Positions 1 to 12,043 of a stretch of DNA of 64,000 nucleotides are shown piece by piece. The notes beneath the pieces were generated by a model. That model saw only the letters and a program-made list of their open reading frames with translations. It ran no database searches and was not told the DNA's origin. The DNA is from Caulobacteraceae bacterium (GTDB lineage Bacteria; Pseudomonadota; Alphaproteobacteria; Caulobacterales; Caulobacteraceae): positions 2,021 to 66,020 of the forward strand of contig DAIDGR010000080.1 in assembly GCA_027452265.1 (NCBI GenBank). The letters run 5' to 3'. How positions within the stretch are numbered: the first letter of the stretch is position 1; every line of letters starts with the position of its first letter. A program made the position numbers and the translations under genes.

Positions 1-852
1 GGCGGCGGCGGCGGCGAACAGGCGGTTGCGCGGGATCAGGGCCCCGTGGCTGCGCCAGTCCCCTTGGCCCGCGACGAAGGGGCCGATGGCCGCCTCAGCC
101 GCCGTGTCCTGAGCGGCCGGCCAGCTCAGACAGGCCATGCGTCGTCCGCGCGCCCGAGCCTCCCAGACGCCGATCAGGCGGGCGCAGGCGTCGAACTGCG
201 CATCCGTCCAGCTCGCCACAAGGCTGGCGGCAAGCTGAGCTTCGCTTCGCAGGATCAGGCCGTCGGCCAGGGGCTTGAGGCCGTTGGCCGCCAGGGTGGC
301 GCCGCTGGTGGTGATGTCGACGATCGCTTCGGCCATACCGGCCGCCGGCGCGCCCTCCGTGGCCCCGCCGGATTCGGCGATGCGGTAATCGGCCAGGCCG
401 TGGCGCGCAAAGAAGGCCCGGGTCTGAACGGCGTACTTGGTCGCCACGCGCAGACGCCGTCCGGTCCGCGCCAGAAACAGCTGGGCCACGTCGTCGAGAT
501 CGGCCATCGTCTCGACATCGATCCAGCTGCGCGGCGTCGCCACCACCAGGTCGGCGCGGCCAAAGCCGAGCGGCAGGAGCGGACGCAGAGCGGCGGCCTC
601 GAGGGCTCCGTGCTCGCGCAGCAGGTCCTCGCCCGTGACGCCCAGATGCACCTCTCCGGCGGCAAGGCCCGCGGCGATGTCGGCCGCCGAGGCCAGTCGC
701 ACCTCGACCTCCTCGAACCCCTCGATCTCGGCCGAATAGCCGCGGGCGCCGCCCAGCACCTTCAACGGGGCCCCACAGTCCGCCAGCCAGGCCTCGGTCT
801 GCTCCTTCAAGCGGCCCTTCGAGGGCAGGGCCAGAATCAGCGGCTCGCTCAT
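1..852 (-). CDS. hisG: ATP phosphoribosyltransferase catalytic subunit; 3' end runs off the window (not in the ORF track)
   Basis: Manual translation from ATG at 852: [18 protein letters not shown]...[10 protein letters not shown]...[11 protein letters not shown]...RVATKY...[30 protein letters not shown]. No stop before position 1. ATGA overlap with the hisZ stop. Confidence 0.95.
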   Translation of the reverse strand, partial: MSEPLILALPSKGRLKEQTEAWLADCGAPLKVLGGARGYSAEIEGFEEVEVRLASAADIAAGLAAGEVHLGVTGEDLLREHGALEAAALRPLLPLGFGRADLVVATPRSWIDVETMADLDDVAQLFLARTGRRLRVATKYAVQTRAFFARHGLADYRIAESGGATEGAPAAGMAEAIVDITTSGATLAANGLKPLADGLILRSEAQLAASLVASWTDAQFDACARLIGVWEARARGRRMACLSWPAAQDTAAEAAIGPFVAGQGDWRSHGALIPRNRLFAAAAA

Positions 853-1985
853 GCGCCCACCCAGGCCCGACCGGGACGGACCATGGCGCCCACCGCGCCG
901 GTCGAAATCGTCGCGCCCAGCCGCGCCGCCAGGCCGTCATAGCGCCCGCCCGCGGCCACCGCCTGGTCGGGGCCAAGGGCCTCGCTGCGGATTTCGAAGA
1001 TGGCGCCGTCGTAATAGCCAAAAGCCCGGCCAAAGGCGGTGGAGAAGCGCAGGACCTCGGCGGGAACGCCCGCCCCGACCATGGCCTCGACCCGCCGCCG
1101 CCAGGCCTCGCGCGCCGCGGCGAGGGCCGGGGCCTTGCCGCCCACCAGACTCTGAACCTCATCGAGCGCGGCATCGGGGGCGCCGGTGATCGCCATATAG
1201 GCCCCGAAGAGATCGGCCTGGGACGGGCTCAGGCGCGGCGCCTGGGCCAGGGCCGCCCGCTCGGCCAGGCGATGCACGATCTCGGAGGCGGAGCGGCCGC
1301 CGACGGGCTCAACCCCGGCCAGCTCCCAGATCTCCTCCAGCGCCGCCACCGCCTCGGCCTCATTGAGGCCGCTCATCAGCGCCCCGAGGCGACCGCCGCT
1401 TCCCGTGGGCGGCCTTTCGCCATTGACCGCCGCCTGGAGTTCGGCCCGCAGCTTGCGCGGGCTGGAGGCCGCCCGCTTGAGCCGCGCGGATAGAGGCGCG
1501 GGCAGGGCGAGGGCGTCGACCACCGCCCCAAACAGGCTCACATCGCCCAGCAGAAGCGACAGATCCCGGCGCCCGCCCGCCCTGGCCGCACGCCACGCTT
1601 CCGCAGCGATTCGGGCGTCCGCAACGACCGGATCGCCGGGCTCGAACGTCTCGACCCCGACCTGCGGGAACTCCTCGGCCCGATCCGAGCCATGGGGCGC
1701 GACCCGAAAGACATGTCCCCGATAGAAATACCGGCCCTTCTCGCGACCGCTCTCGATATGGGCCATCAGGGCTGACACGGTGAAGTCCGTGCGCAGGCAC
1801 GATTCAGGACCCGCCTCGGCGGTCTGGACGACGAACAGCCTTTCGCGGAGCATCTCGCCCGCGAGGTCAAGCAGGAGGCCGAGCGGTTGCAGCACCGGCG
1901 CGTCGAGCGGGTAGGGGGCCCCGGCGGCGAATGGGGCGCTGATGGCCTCCAGCGCCTCGGCCGGGATGGGCGCCTCAAGCCTCAC
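849..1985 (-). CDS. hisZ: ATP phosphoribosyltransferase regulatory subunit
   Basis: HisRS-paralog motifs ([34 protein letters not shown]). Lies between hisS and hisG with 4-bp overlaps on both sides. Confidence 0.93.
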   Translation of the reverse strand: MRLEAPIPAEALEAISAPFAAGAPYPLDAPVLQPLGLLLDLAGEMLRERLFVVQTAEAGPESCLRTDFTVSALMAHIESGREKGRYFYRGHVFRVAPHGSDRAEEFPQVGVETFEPGDPVVADARIAAEAWRAARAGGRRDLSLLLGDVSLFGAVVDALALPAPLSARLKRAASSPRKLRAELQAAVNGERPPTGSGGRLGALMSGLNEAEAVAALEEIWELAGVEPVGGRSASEIVHRLAERAALAQAPRLSPSQADLFGAYMAITGAPDAALDEVQSLVGGKAPALAAAREAWRRRVEAMVGAGVPAEVLRFSTAFGRAFGYYDGAIFEIRSEALGPDQAVAAGGRYDGLAARLGATISTGAVGAMVRPGRAWVGA

Positions 1986-3442
1986 GACGCGGCCTCGACG
2001 ATGCGGCGCGCCGCCGCCGCCAGCTCGGCGCGGGGCACGGTGATCTGACCGGGCCGCTCCTCGCGCCAGGCCCGATTGTCGCTGACCTGAGCGGCAAGGT
2101 CGCGGCCAAGATCCAGATCCTTCAGCGTCACGACGCCCTGGGCGATCTCGTCGCCGCCCACGATCACGGCGGCCGGGGACAGGCGCTTGTCGGCGTATTT
2201 CATCTGCGCCCGCATGCCCGACGCGCCCAGATAGACCTCAGCCGCCAGCCCGGCGGCGCGCAATTCCGCCGCCATGGCGAAATAGTCGCTCATCAGGGCG
2301 GGATCGAGGGTCAGGATGACGACCGGGCCGCGCGGAGCCGTCTCCGCCACCCCCGCCGCCGCCAGTGCCGCGGCCAGGCGTGAGACGCCGAACGAAAAGC
2401 CCGTGGCGGGGGTCCTTTCACCCGTGAAGCGCGCCACCAGATCATCGTAGCGTCCACCGCCGCCGATGGCGCCAAAGGCGGCGCCGGCGCCGCCCTCCAG
2501 GGTCAGCTCCGCCTCAAACACCGCCCCCGTATAGTATTCCAGGCCGCGAACGACCGACGGCTCGAACACGGCCTCGGTCTCGCCCACACCCAGACTGTCG
2601 AGGGCCCCGCCGATCCGGCTTAGGGCCTCCAGTCCCGCCTCGCCCTCATCCGAACCGCCGATCACGCCGGCGATCCGCTGCAAGGTGTCGCGACGGCCGC
2701 CGCCGCCCGCGGCGAGGAAGGCCAGCACCGCATCGATCGCGCGAGCCGGGAGCTGTGCGCCCTTGGTGTAGGCGCCGGACTCGTCCAGGCGGCCCGCGCC
2801 CAGAAGGTCGGACACGCCGCGCGCGCCCAGCCGATCCAGCTTGTCGACCGCGCGCAGGCTGGCCAGGCGCTGGCCCGGGTCGTCGACGCCGTTCGCCGCG
2901 AGAAGCCCGTTGAGCAGGCCCCGCGCATTGATCTTGATCGTCACCGCCCCGCGCGCCAGTCCCGCCGCGGCATAGCCCTCAACCGCCATGGCGATGATCT
3001 CGGCGTCCGCCTCCGGCCGGTCCGAGCCCACCGTGTCGGCGTCGCACTGGATGAACTGGCGGAACCGTCCGGGACCGGGCTTTTCGTTGCGCCAGACCGG
3101 ACCAAAGGCGTAGCGGCGGAAGGGCTTGGGAAGGCTCGTCCAGTTCTGGGCGGCATAGCGGGCCAGGGGCGCGGTCAGGTCATAGCGCAGGGCCAGCCAC
3201 TGCTCGTCGTCGTCGCGCAGGGCGAACACGCCTTCATTGGGACGGTCGGCGTCCGGCAGGAACTTGCCGAGCGCATCGGCATATTCAAACGCCCCGGTCT
3301 CCAGCGCTTCGAATCCGTAGGCCTCATAGACCCGCGATACGGCCTCCAGGATCCGTCGTTCGGTCCGCAACGTGGCGCTGCGCCGGTCGACGAACCCTCT
3401 GGGGGCTCGCGCCTCGGGCCGTGGCGTCGCCTCGCCCGTCAT
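1982..3442 (-). CDS. hisS: Histidine--tRNA ligase; start reassigned to ATG at 3442 (MTGEATPRPEARAPRGF)
   Basis: LRYDLTAPLARY, WRNEKPGPGRFRQFIQCDAD, RGLEYYTG, GGGGRYDDL, GFSFGVSRL; C-terminal anticodon domain (QMKYADKR). Confidence 0.96.
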   Translation of the reverse strand: MTGEATPRPEARAPRGFVDRRSATLRTERRILEAVSRVYEAYGFEALETGAFEYADALGKFLPDADRPNEGVFALRDDDEQWLALRYDLTAPLARYAAQNWTSLPKPFRRYAFGPVWRNEKPGPGRFRQFIQCDADTVGSDRPEADAEIIAMAVEGYAAAGLARGAVTIKINARGLLNGLLAANGVDDPGQRLASLRAVDKLDRLGARGVSDLLGAGRLDESGAYTKGAQLPARAIDAVLAFLAAGGGGRRDTLQRIAGVIGGSDEGEAGLEALSRIGGALDSLGVGETEAVFEPSVVRGLEYYTGAVFEAELTLEGGAGAAFGAIGGGGRYDDLVARFTGERTPATGFSFGVSRLAAALAAAGVAETAPRGPVVILTLDPALMSDYFAMAAELRAAGLAAEVYLGASGMRAQMKYADKRLSPAAVIVGGDEIAQGVVTLKDLDLGRDLAAQVSDNRAWREERPGQITVPRAELAAAARRIVEAAS

Positions 3443-3536
3443 GAGCTGAGCCCCGCAAGACCGGTTCGGATAGATGGCGACGCTGGCGCCACGCGCGGAA
3501 ACCTCTCGAAAGGACGTGCCGGAGTGCGCAGGGCGC

Positions 3537-5723
3537 TTAACCGGCCGACGGCCCCGGAGCAAGGCGCGCGGCGAAGGCGGGGCCACGATCGTCGGCGCCG
3601 GCGGCGGCCTGCGCCAGGGCATGGGCCACCAGGTCAGGCGTGAGAAGCTGGGGCAGAACCCGCGGCGGATCGCCCTTGGCGTCGTACAGGAGGTAGAGAG
3701 GCACCCCATCGCGGCCCTGCGCCTCGAGGGCCTTGGCGATGGTCGCGTCACGGTTGGTCCAATCGGCCACCAGATAGGCGACTTTGGAGGCCTTGAAGGC
3801 GGCGGCGACCTGGGGCGTGGCGAACACCACCCGCTCATTGACCTGGCAGGTGACGCACCAGGCGGCGGTGAAATTGACCAGCACCGGGCGGCCTTGCGCC
3901 TGAAGCTGCGCCACCGCGTCCGGGCTCCAGGGCTTGGACGGGACGCCCGCCTCGACCGTCGCCGCGCCCGCCTCGGAGGGAACGGCATAGGGGGCGCCAA
4001 AGGCCGCGACGAGGGCCGCCAGCGCGGCGAGGGCGGCGGCGCTCGCACTCACCAGGGGTCGGGCGCCGGCGGCGCGGCGGCTCTGAACCCGACCGAACAG
4101 CCAGGCGGCGAAGGCGAGGAGGACGCCGGCCGCCAGGAGCCGGGCCAGTCCTTCCGGACCGCCCTGCTGCGCCAGGACCCAGGCCAGCCAGGCCGCCGCC
4201 GCATACATCGGGAAGGCGAGGATGTGGCGGAAGGTCTCCATCCAGGCGCCTGGCCTGGGCAGGGCGCGGATCAGGGGAGGGCTGAAGGCGATCAGGGTAA
4301 AGGGCGCGGCGAAGCCAAGCGCAAGGGCCAGGAAGACGGCGAGTCCCACGGGCCAGGAGGCGGTCAGGGCGAAGCCCAGGGCCGGGCCCATGAAGGGGGC
4401 GGTGCACGGCGCCGCCACGGCCACCGAGAGCACTCCGGTGAAGAAGGATCCGGTAAGCCCGCCCCGCGCGGCCAGTCCCGAGCCCAGGCCCTGCAGCGAG
4501 GTTCCGATCTCGAACAGGCCCGACAGGTTAAGCGCCGCGGCCAGCATGACGAGGCAGAGGCCCGCGACGATCGCCGGCGACTGAAGCTGAAAGCCCCAGC
4601 CCACCGCGGCCCCCGCCGCGCGCGCCGCGATCAGCGCCCCGGCGAGCCCGAGAAAGGTCGCCACCACGCCGACCAGAAAGGCCAAGGCCTGGACCCGCGC
4701 CTGTGAGGCCCCCTCCGGCTCGCCGCCATGACCCGCCAGGGCGGCGGCCTTGAGCGAGAGCACCGGAAAGACGCAGGGCATGAGGTTGAGGATCAGACCG
4801 CCCAGAAAGGCGAACGCCATGGCGCCCACGAGCCCCCCTGCGCCGCGCGCGGCGTGGCCGGTCGCGCCTGGCGGGCCCAGACCCGCTGCGCCCGCAGGCG
4901 CCGGTCCGGGGCGGGCGGCGATCTGATAGCCGCGGCCATCGGTGACCAGCACGCCATCCAGCGCCGCCGGTGCGCCCTGCCCGGCCGAAGGCCCCGCGGT
5001 CAGGGCCAGGGTGAGGCCCCGCGGACCCCGCTCCACACCCTGGGCGTGGGCCTGGTCGATCACCCCGCCCTGAAAGGGATAGAAATAGGCGTCGGAGGCT
5101 TTGGTCCCGGTCAAGGCCGGGCCGGCCACCGCCAGGCTGAAGCCCGAGGGCGTACGTTGGACGGTGGCGGTCAAATTCGCCTCGGCCGGCGCCTGTGAAA
5201 GGGCCTTGGCGATCATCGGGCCATTCGTCGGATCCAGGGGCGCCGGACCGGCGGCGACGGGCAGGTCGAGCGCGGCGTCGGCGGACTCCGGCACGCAGAC
5301 CTGGGCGCAGATCAGATAGTCGATATGGAGCTTGAGGTGAGCGACCCGTCCGACCGCGGCGTTGGCCGGCACGGCGATGCGCACCGGGGTGACCACATGA
5401 CCCTCATAGCCGTAGCTCATGATCGGGCCGAGCGGCAGGCGTGACGGCGCGGGCCAGATCAGGTCGCCCGCCCGCCACCCGCCCGGCAAGGTCCAGACGA
5501 GGGTCGGCGCCTCGCCCGAGTCCCCTGGGTTGCGCCAATAGGTGTGCCAACCGGGCTGCAGGTCCTGAACGATGGCCAGGGTCAGGGCGGCGCCCGGGCT
5601 CGCCGTCCGGGTCTGGGCGATCAGGTGGGTGCGGGCATGCGGCCCGTCGGCCACCTGGGCCAGGGCCGGCGCCGCGGCGAGGATCAAAGAGGCGACGACG
5701 AGGCGAAGGAGCGACCGGATCAT
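3537..5723 (-). CDS. dsbD: Protein-disulfide reductase DsbD family (N-terminal periplasmic domain, membrane domain, C-terminal thioredoxin); start reassigned to ATG at 5723
   Basis: Signal peptide; GWHTYWRNPGDSG; YLICAQVCVP; membrane cysteines in NLMPCVFPVLSLK and APCTAPF; thioredoxin motif FTAAWCVTCQVNE. Confidence 0.9.
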   Translation of the reverse strand: MIRSLLRLVVASLILAAAPALAQVADGPHARTHLIAQTRTASPGAALTLAIVQDLQPGWHTYWRNPGDSGEAPTLVWTLPGGWRAGDLIWPAPSRLPLGPIMSYGYEGHVVTPVRIAVPANAAVGRVAHLKLHIDYLICAQVCVPESADAALDLPVAAGPAPLDPTNGPMIAKALSQAPAEANLTATVQRTPSGFSLAVAGPALTGTKASDAYFYPFQGGVIDQAHAQGVERGPRGLTLALTAGPSAGQGAPAALDGVLVTDGRGYQIAARPGPAPAGAAGLGPPGATGHAARGAGGLVGAMAFAFLGGLILNLMPCVFPVLSLKAAALAGHGGEPEGASQARVQALAFLVGVVATFLGLAGALIAARAAGAAVGWGFQLQSPAIVAGLCLVMLAAALNLSGLFEIGTSLQGLGSGLAARGGLTGSFFTGVLSVAVAAPCTAPFMGPALGFALTASWPVGLAVFLALALGFAAPFTLIAFSPPLIRALPRPGAWMETFRHILAFPMYAAAAWLAWVLAQQGGPEGLARLLAAGVLLAFAAWLFGRVQSRRAAGARPLVSASAAALAALAALVAAFGAPYAVPSEAGAATVEAGVPSKPWSPDAVAQLQAQGRPVLVNFTAAWCVTCQVNERVVFATPQVAAAFKASKVAYLVADWTNRDATIAKALEAQGRDGVPLYLLYDAKGDPPRVLPQLLTPDLVAHALAQAAAGADDRGPAFAARLAPGPSAG

Positions 5724-5873
5724 GCGGCGCTTTATAGGCCAAACCTCGAGCTTGCGCGACGTGACGCGATCCATCCGCGGCTCGGCCGGTCCAGCCAGGC
5801 GCCGGACGCTTGATTTCACCCGCGACGCCCCTCCAGATAGGGAGGCGTACGCGAGACGCAGGGGGAGAACGCC

Positions 5874-6266
5874 ATGCCCGGGGGGTTCGACGAGATCGAG
5901 ATCGGACAGGTCGCCCATCTCGGGATGACCACGATCCTGGAGCCTGATCTGGAGACCTTCGTGGCCGCGTTCGCCCCGGACTGGGACGTCTCGCGCGGGG
6001 CCCCTGACGCCATGGTCTTCAGCCTCTGGTCGCGTCTCGAGGCCGAAGCCGTCGACGCCTGGCCTCAGTCAAAGCGGGTCGGTGTCGACGCCCTGCGCTG
6101 GGCGCGCAACCCGCCGGCGGGAGAGACCCTGCGTGGCCGGGTTACGGTGATGGGCAAGGACCCGGTGGGCGAGGGCAAAGGCATCGTCATCGCCCAGCAT
6201 GACCTTCTGGACGGCGCCGGGCGACTGGTCTTTTCCTGTCTGACCCGAAGCGTCTTCGCGCGCTGA
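5874..6266 (+). CDS. Small hotdog-fold (MaoC-like) protein
   Basis: 130 aa with GGGGGAG RBS. C-terminal pattern VDALRW..P...GETLRGRVTV...GIV......LDGAGRLV resembles MaoC/hotdog proteins. Confidence 0.6.
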   Translation: MPGGFDEIEIGQVAHLGMTTILEPDLETFVAAFAPDWDVSRGAPDAMVFSLWSRLEAEAVDAWPQSKRVGVDALRWARNPPAGETLRGRVTVMGKDPVGEGKGIVIAQHDLLDGAGRLVFSCLTRSVFAR

Positions 6267-6352
6267 CCCTGAGGCTGCGCGAGCGCCCCGCGAGCGCCGT
6301 CCGATCAGATGAAGTCCGTCCGTGCGGGGACCGCTCTACCGCGTCGCGCCCC

Positions 6353-7141
6353 CTATCGCGTCGGGCCTTGGGCCTGGCGCATCATGGCGACCGACAACAG
6401 GTTGTCGAACTGGCCGATGGAGTGGATGTGGGCGTAGATCTGGCCTAGCGCCCCGTTGTCCATCAGCTCGCGCAGCTTGGCGTCGGGCAGGGCCTTGAGC
6501 TTCTCCTGCGACACGCCCCAGAATTCGGCCAGCAACTGCTCGGGGCCTTCCTGTCCGTCCGGCAGGATCGGGCGGTAGACCGAGCGCCGGGTCTCGAACA
6601 GGTCCAGGCTCTCCAGCAATTCGACGAAAGACTCCGTGCGCCGGATCTCGATCTCATAGTCGTTGCAGAACTGGATGCATCCCTTGGTGTATTCGGTGGC
6701 TTCGCCGTTGGCGTCGAAGAACGGCAGGTCGGGCAGGTCGCCCAGCATGGCGGCGCCGCGATCGACGCACACGACCATGTTCTCGCGTGAGGCGTTGGCC
6801 GCCAGGATGAACGGATATCGGCGGATATAGGCGGGAACATAGGTGCCCGGCTCGAAGAAGCCGTCCGGCTTGATGAACATGTTGATGCTGGCCAGCACGC
6901 CCATCACCGCCAGGGGCTGCTTCTTCTCGCCGCCGAAGATCACAGGGAAGCAGAGCGAGGCGGGCGCAAATTCGCCCACCGTCAGGGGTACGGCCTGGGT
7001 GTTGGCGGCGAAAGCGAAAGGATTGTCCACCCGGCGCAGGCCGATCGCACTGTGCATCTGCACGTTCAGCGGCTCAGGATTGGAATAGAACAGAGCGGCG
7101 CCCGTGATCGAGGCGTTGGGCGATTGCGCGGTTTCGGACAT
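6353..7141 (-). CDS. SapC family protein
   Basis: ALFYSNPEPLN, AVPLTVGEFAPAS..FPVIF, YVPAYIRRYPF, LKAL....LREL...GAL..IYAH..S pattern typical of SapC. Confidence 0.85.
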   Translation of the reverse strand: MSETAQSPNASITGAALFYSNPEPLNVQMHSAIGLRRVDNPFAFAANTQAVPLTVGEFAPASLCFPVIFGGEKKQPLAVMGVLASINMFIKPDGFFEPGTYVPAYIRRYPFILAANASRENMVVCVDRGAAMLGDLPDLPFFDANGEATEYTKGCIQFCNDYEIEIRRTESFVELLESLDLFETRRSVYRPILPDGQEGPEQLLAEFWGVSQEKLKALPDAKLRELMDNGALGQIYAHIHSIGQFDNLLSVAMMRQAQGPTR

Positions 7142-7323
7142 CAGAGGGACTTTTACAGGCCTGATTGCGAGGTCATGGCGACCGGAAGCCGAGGTCTCTA
7201 GCTGATGGGCGAGGGACGGGCAATTGCGCGCGGCGGTTGCGGCCGGGCTTCAGCGCGGCTTCAATGGGATCAGGCCCCGCGCGGAAGGATCCAGACGCGT
7301 CGCGGGCGAGGCCGGAGGACCCC

Positions 7324-8202
7324 ATGCCGATCTTCTATCCCGACATCCTGGAGCAACGCGCGCCAGCGCGGACCTTCAGCTATGGCGACAAGGACGTCAT
7401 GCTCTACGCCCTGGGGATCGGGCTGGGGGCCGACCCGATGGACGAGAAGGAACTCGCCTTCGTCTATGAAAAGTCGCTGAAGGTCGTCCCCACGGCCGCC
7501 ACCGTGCTGGCCTCGGGCGGGCGTGTCCGCGGCGCCCCGCCGGAGATGCGCCCTGGCCTGCGCCCCAGTCAGCTGAACTATCTGATGGTGGTGCATGGCG
7601 AGCAGAAGGTGGAGCTGCATCGCCCGCTTCCGACGTCGGGCGAGTTTACCGCGGAGAGCCGCACCGTCGGGGCCTTCGACAAGGGCAAGGACAAGGGCGC
7701 GGTGGTGATCAACGAGACGGTCTGGACCGATGCGGAGGGCCGCAAGGTGGCCACGCTCACCGGCTCGACGTTCGCGCGCGGCGACGGCGGGTTCGGCGGC
7801 CCCTCTGAAGGCGCCCCAGCGCCGCACGAGATCCCCAAGCGCGAGCCGGACCTGACCGTCTCCTTCGCCACGCGACCGGATCAGGCGCTGCTCTACCGCC
7901 TCAACGGGGACCGCAATCCGCTACACGCCGAACCCGCCTCCGCGTCGCGATCCGGCTTTCCCCGGCCGATCCTTCATGGCCTGTGCACCTACGGCATCAC
8001 CTGCCGGGCGATCCTGGAGGCGATCACCGACTATGATCCCGAGCCGATCCTCAGCCATCAGGCGAGGTTTTCCGCCCCGGTCTTCCCCGGCGATGTGATC
8101 TCGGTGGATCTCTGGCGCGACGGCAAAGACATCTCCTTCGAGGCGCGGGTCGAGGCGCGGAACGCCACGGTCATCCGCAATGGTCTGACGAGGCTCCGCT
8201 GA
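7324..8202 (+). CDS. MaoC family enoyl-CoA hydratase 2 (double hotdog); start reassigned to ATG at 7324
   Basis: DVMLYALGIG, VVHGEQ, hydratase-2 motif YRLNGDRNPLHAEP...GFPRPILHGLCTYG, FSAPVFPGD; GGAGG RBS. Confidence 0.9.
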   Translation: MPIFYPDILEQRAPARTFSYGDKDVMLYALGIGLGADPMDEKELAFVYEKSLKVVPTAATVLASGGRVRGAPPEMRPGLRPSQLNYLMVVHGEQKVELHRPLPTSGEFTAESRTVGAFDKGKDKGAVVINETVWTDAEGRKVATLTGSTFARGDGGFGGPSEGAPAPHEIPKREPDLTVSFATRPDQALLYRLNGDRNPLHAEPASASRSGFPRPILHGLCTYGITCRAILEAITDYDPEPILSHQARFSAPVFPGDVISVDLWRDGKDISFEARVEARNATVIRNGLTRLR

Positions 8203-8270
8203 GAAATCCCTTCGCCCGCCGCGCGCCCGACCCGGCCCCACCCCTGCCGGGCGCGGGCCCTGCGCCGCCC

Positions 8271-9325
8271 GTGAGCCGCCCTCATGCCCTGACCGTGGCG
8301 GCCGTGATCCTGGCCGTGACGGCGCTGGGCTTCACGGCCCACGCCCTCAAGACGATCCTGGTCCCCTTCCTGCTGGCCCTGTTTCTGATGCAGGTTGTGG
8401 ACGGCCTCGAGACGCCCCTGCGCCGAAGGTTGCGCCTGCCCGCCCCGGCGGCGCTCGGAGCGGCCATCATCGTGGTGCTGGCCGTGTTTGGCCTGTCGGT
8501 CTGGATCATCACCCGCAACGCGGCGGGGCTTGTGGCCGAATCTGGCGGTTACGCCGCGCGGCTTACCGCGATCCTGCAGATGATCGCCGACAAGGTCGGC
8601 CTCCACGCCGCGCCGACGCTGGCGAGCCTGCTGAAGATGATCAACCCGGCCCAGTATGCGCCGGAGGTGGCGCGGACCGCCGAGCACCTGCTGCAGGACG
8701 CGGTCTTCGTGTTGATCTATCTGGCCTTCATGCTGGCCTCGCGCGCCAGTTTCGGAGCCAAGGTCGCCGCCATTTTCCGTGAAGGCGCCCAGGCTGAGGC
8801 CTCTGCCGTGGCCCGGCGCATCCAGGCGGGGGTGGAGAGCTATGTCTTCATTCAGACGGTGGTCGGCCTGATCATCGCCGCGGCGTCATTCGTGGCCATC
8901 TGGCTCCTGGGCGTCGGCCACGCCCTGTTCTGGGCCTTCATCATCTTTCTGGCGAACTACATCCCGGTGGTCGGAGTCGCCGTCAGCGTCGCGCTGCCGC
9001 CCCTATTCGGCCTGGTGACGCTCGACGACATGTGGCGCCCGGTCCTGCTGTTCGCGGCCCTGGAGGCGATCCATTTTGTGGTCAGTCACGGCATCCAGCC
9101 CCGACTGCAGGGGACAAGCCTGAATATCGACCCGATCGTCGTCCTGCTCTCGCTCGGCTTCTGGGGCGCCCTGTTCGGGATCGCCGGGGCGTTCCTCTCG
9201 ACACCCCTGACCGTGGCCGTGATGGCCGTGTGCACCGAACTGGGCGGCGCGCGCTGGATCGCCATCCTGCTTTCGGCCGATGGCCGGCCGGACCTTGGCG
9301 CCCCGGCGGGGTCATCGAGGGGATC

Positions 9326-9329
<4 letters not shown>
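8271..9329 (+). CDS. AI-2E family transporter (PerM/TqsA-like)
   Basis: Multiple TM helices; [56 protein letters not shown] start. Confidence 0.88.
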
Positions 9330-11263
<1,934 letters not shown>

Positions 11264-11376
11264 CGGCGGCGTGTCCTCGTCCGTTCTTGATCGTCGGGTT
11301 TTCTCGTCTCGCGCTGGCGAGTATGCGAAGGGTCCGGGCGAAGGCAAGGCGCGGCGGGTGGAGGCGTTCGACGAAT

Positions 11377-11976
11377 ATGGCCAGGGCCGGACCGGAGATC
11401 GAGCGTCTGATCACTCTGCTCTCGCGCCTGCCGGGGCTGGGGCCCCGCTCGGCGCGCCGCGCGGCCCTGACCCTGCTCAAGCGCCGCGAGCAGCTTCTTC
11501 TTCCCCTCAGCGCCGCCTTGGCCGAGGCCGCCGAGCGCGTCGGAGTCTGCGGCGTCTGTGGCGCGCTCGATACCCGCGACCCCTGCGCCATCTGCGTCGA
11601 TGAGACCCGCGATCCCGCGAGCCTTTGCGTGGTGGAGGAGGTCGGCGCCCTGTGGGCGCTGGAGCGCGCGGCGGCCTTCCGGGGCCGCTATCATGTGCTG
11701 GGTGGTCTGCTGTCAGCCCTCGACGGGCGGGGACCGGAGGCGCTGAACATCGCCGCCCTGACCGCGCGCGCCGCCGCGCCCCAGGTGCGCGAGGTGGTTC
11801 TCGCCCTCCCAGCCACGGTGGATGGCCAGACCACGGCCCACTATCTGGTCGATCGGCTGGCCGGGTGTGAGGTTCAGGTGACTCTTCTGGCTCGGGGCGT
11901 TCCCGTGGGCGGCGACCTCGACTGGCTCGACGACGGCACCATCGCCCAGGCCATGCGGGCGCGCCGACCCACCTGA
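11377..11976 (+). CDS. recR: Recombination mediator RecR; start reassigned to ATG at 11377
   Basis: [14 protein letters not shown] (HhH), CGVC..CAIC zinc finger, [44 protein letters not shown]. Confidence 0.95.
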   Translation: MARAGPEIERLITLLSRLPGLGPRSARRAALTLLKRREQLLLPLSAALAEAAERVGVCGVCGALDTRDPCAICVDETRDPASLCVVEEVGALWALERAAAFRGRYHVLGGLLSALDGRGPEALNIAALTARAAAPQVREVVLALPATVDGQTTAHYLVDRLAGCEVQVTLLARGVPVGGDLDWLDDGTIAQAMRARRPT

Positions 11977-12043
11977 CGCCGCCCCGCCTGATCCTGGCCT
12001 CCCTCATCTGCGCGAGGCCATCGAATCCGGTTACGAACGGACC

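Noticed and set aside
3443-4048. Long N-terminal extensions in the ORF track (hisS, dsbD, acs, regB, gcvT, gcvPA, kdsB, thioredoxin, HMG-CoA lyase, DUF72)
   Set aside because: The extensions overlap neighbouring genes and are low-complexity. Downstream starts match family N-termini, RBS positions and stop/start overlaps.
5809-5845. CTTGATTT motifs at about 5809 and 60972 as possible sigma-32 promoters
   Set aside because: The -10 elements and spacing match poorly, so the call is not supportable without TSS data.
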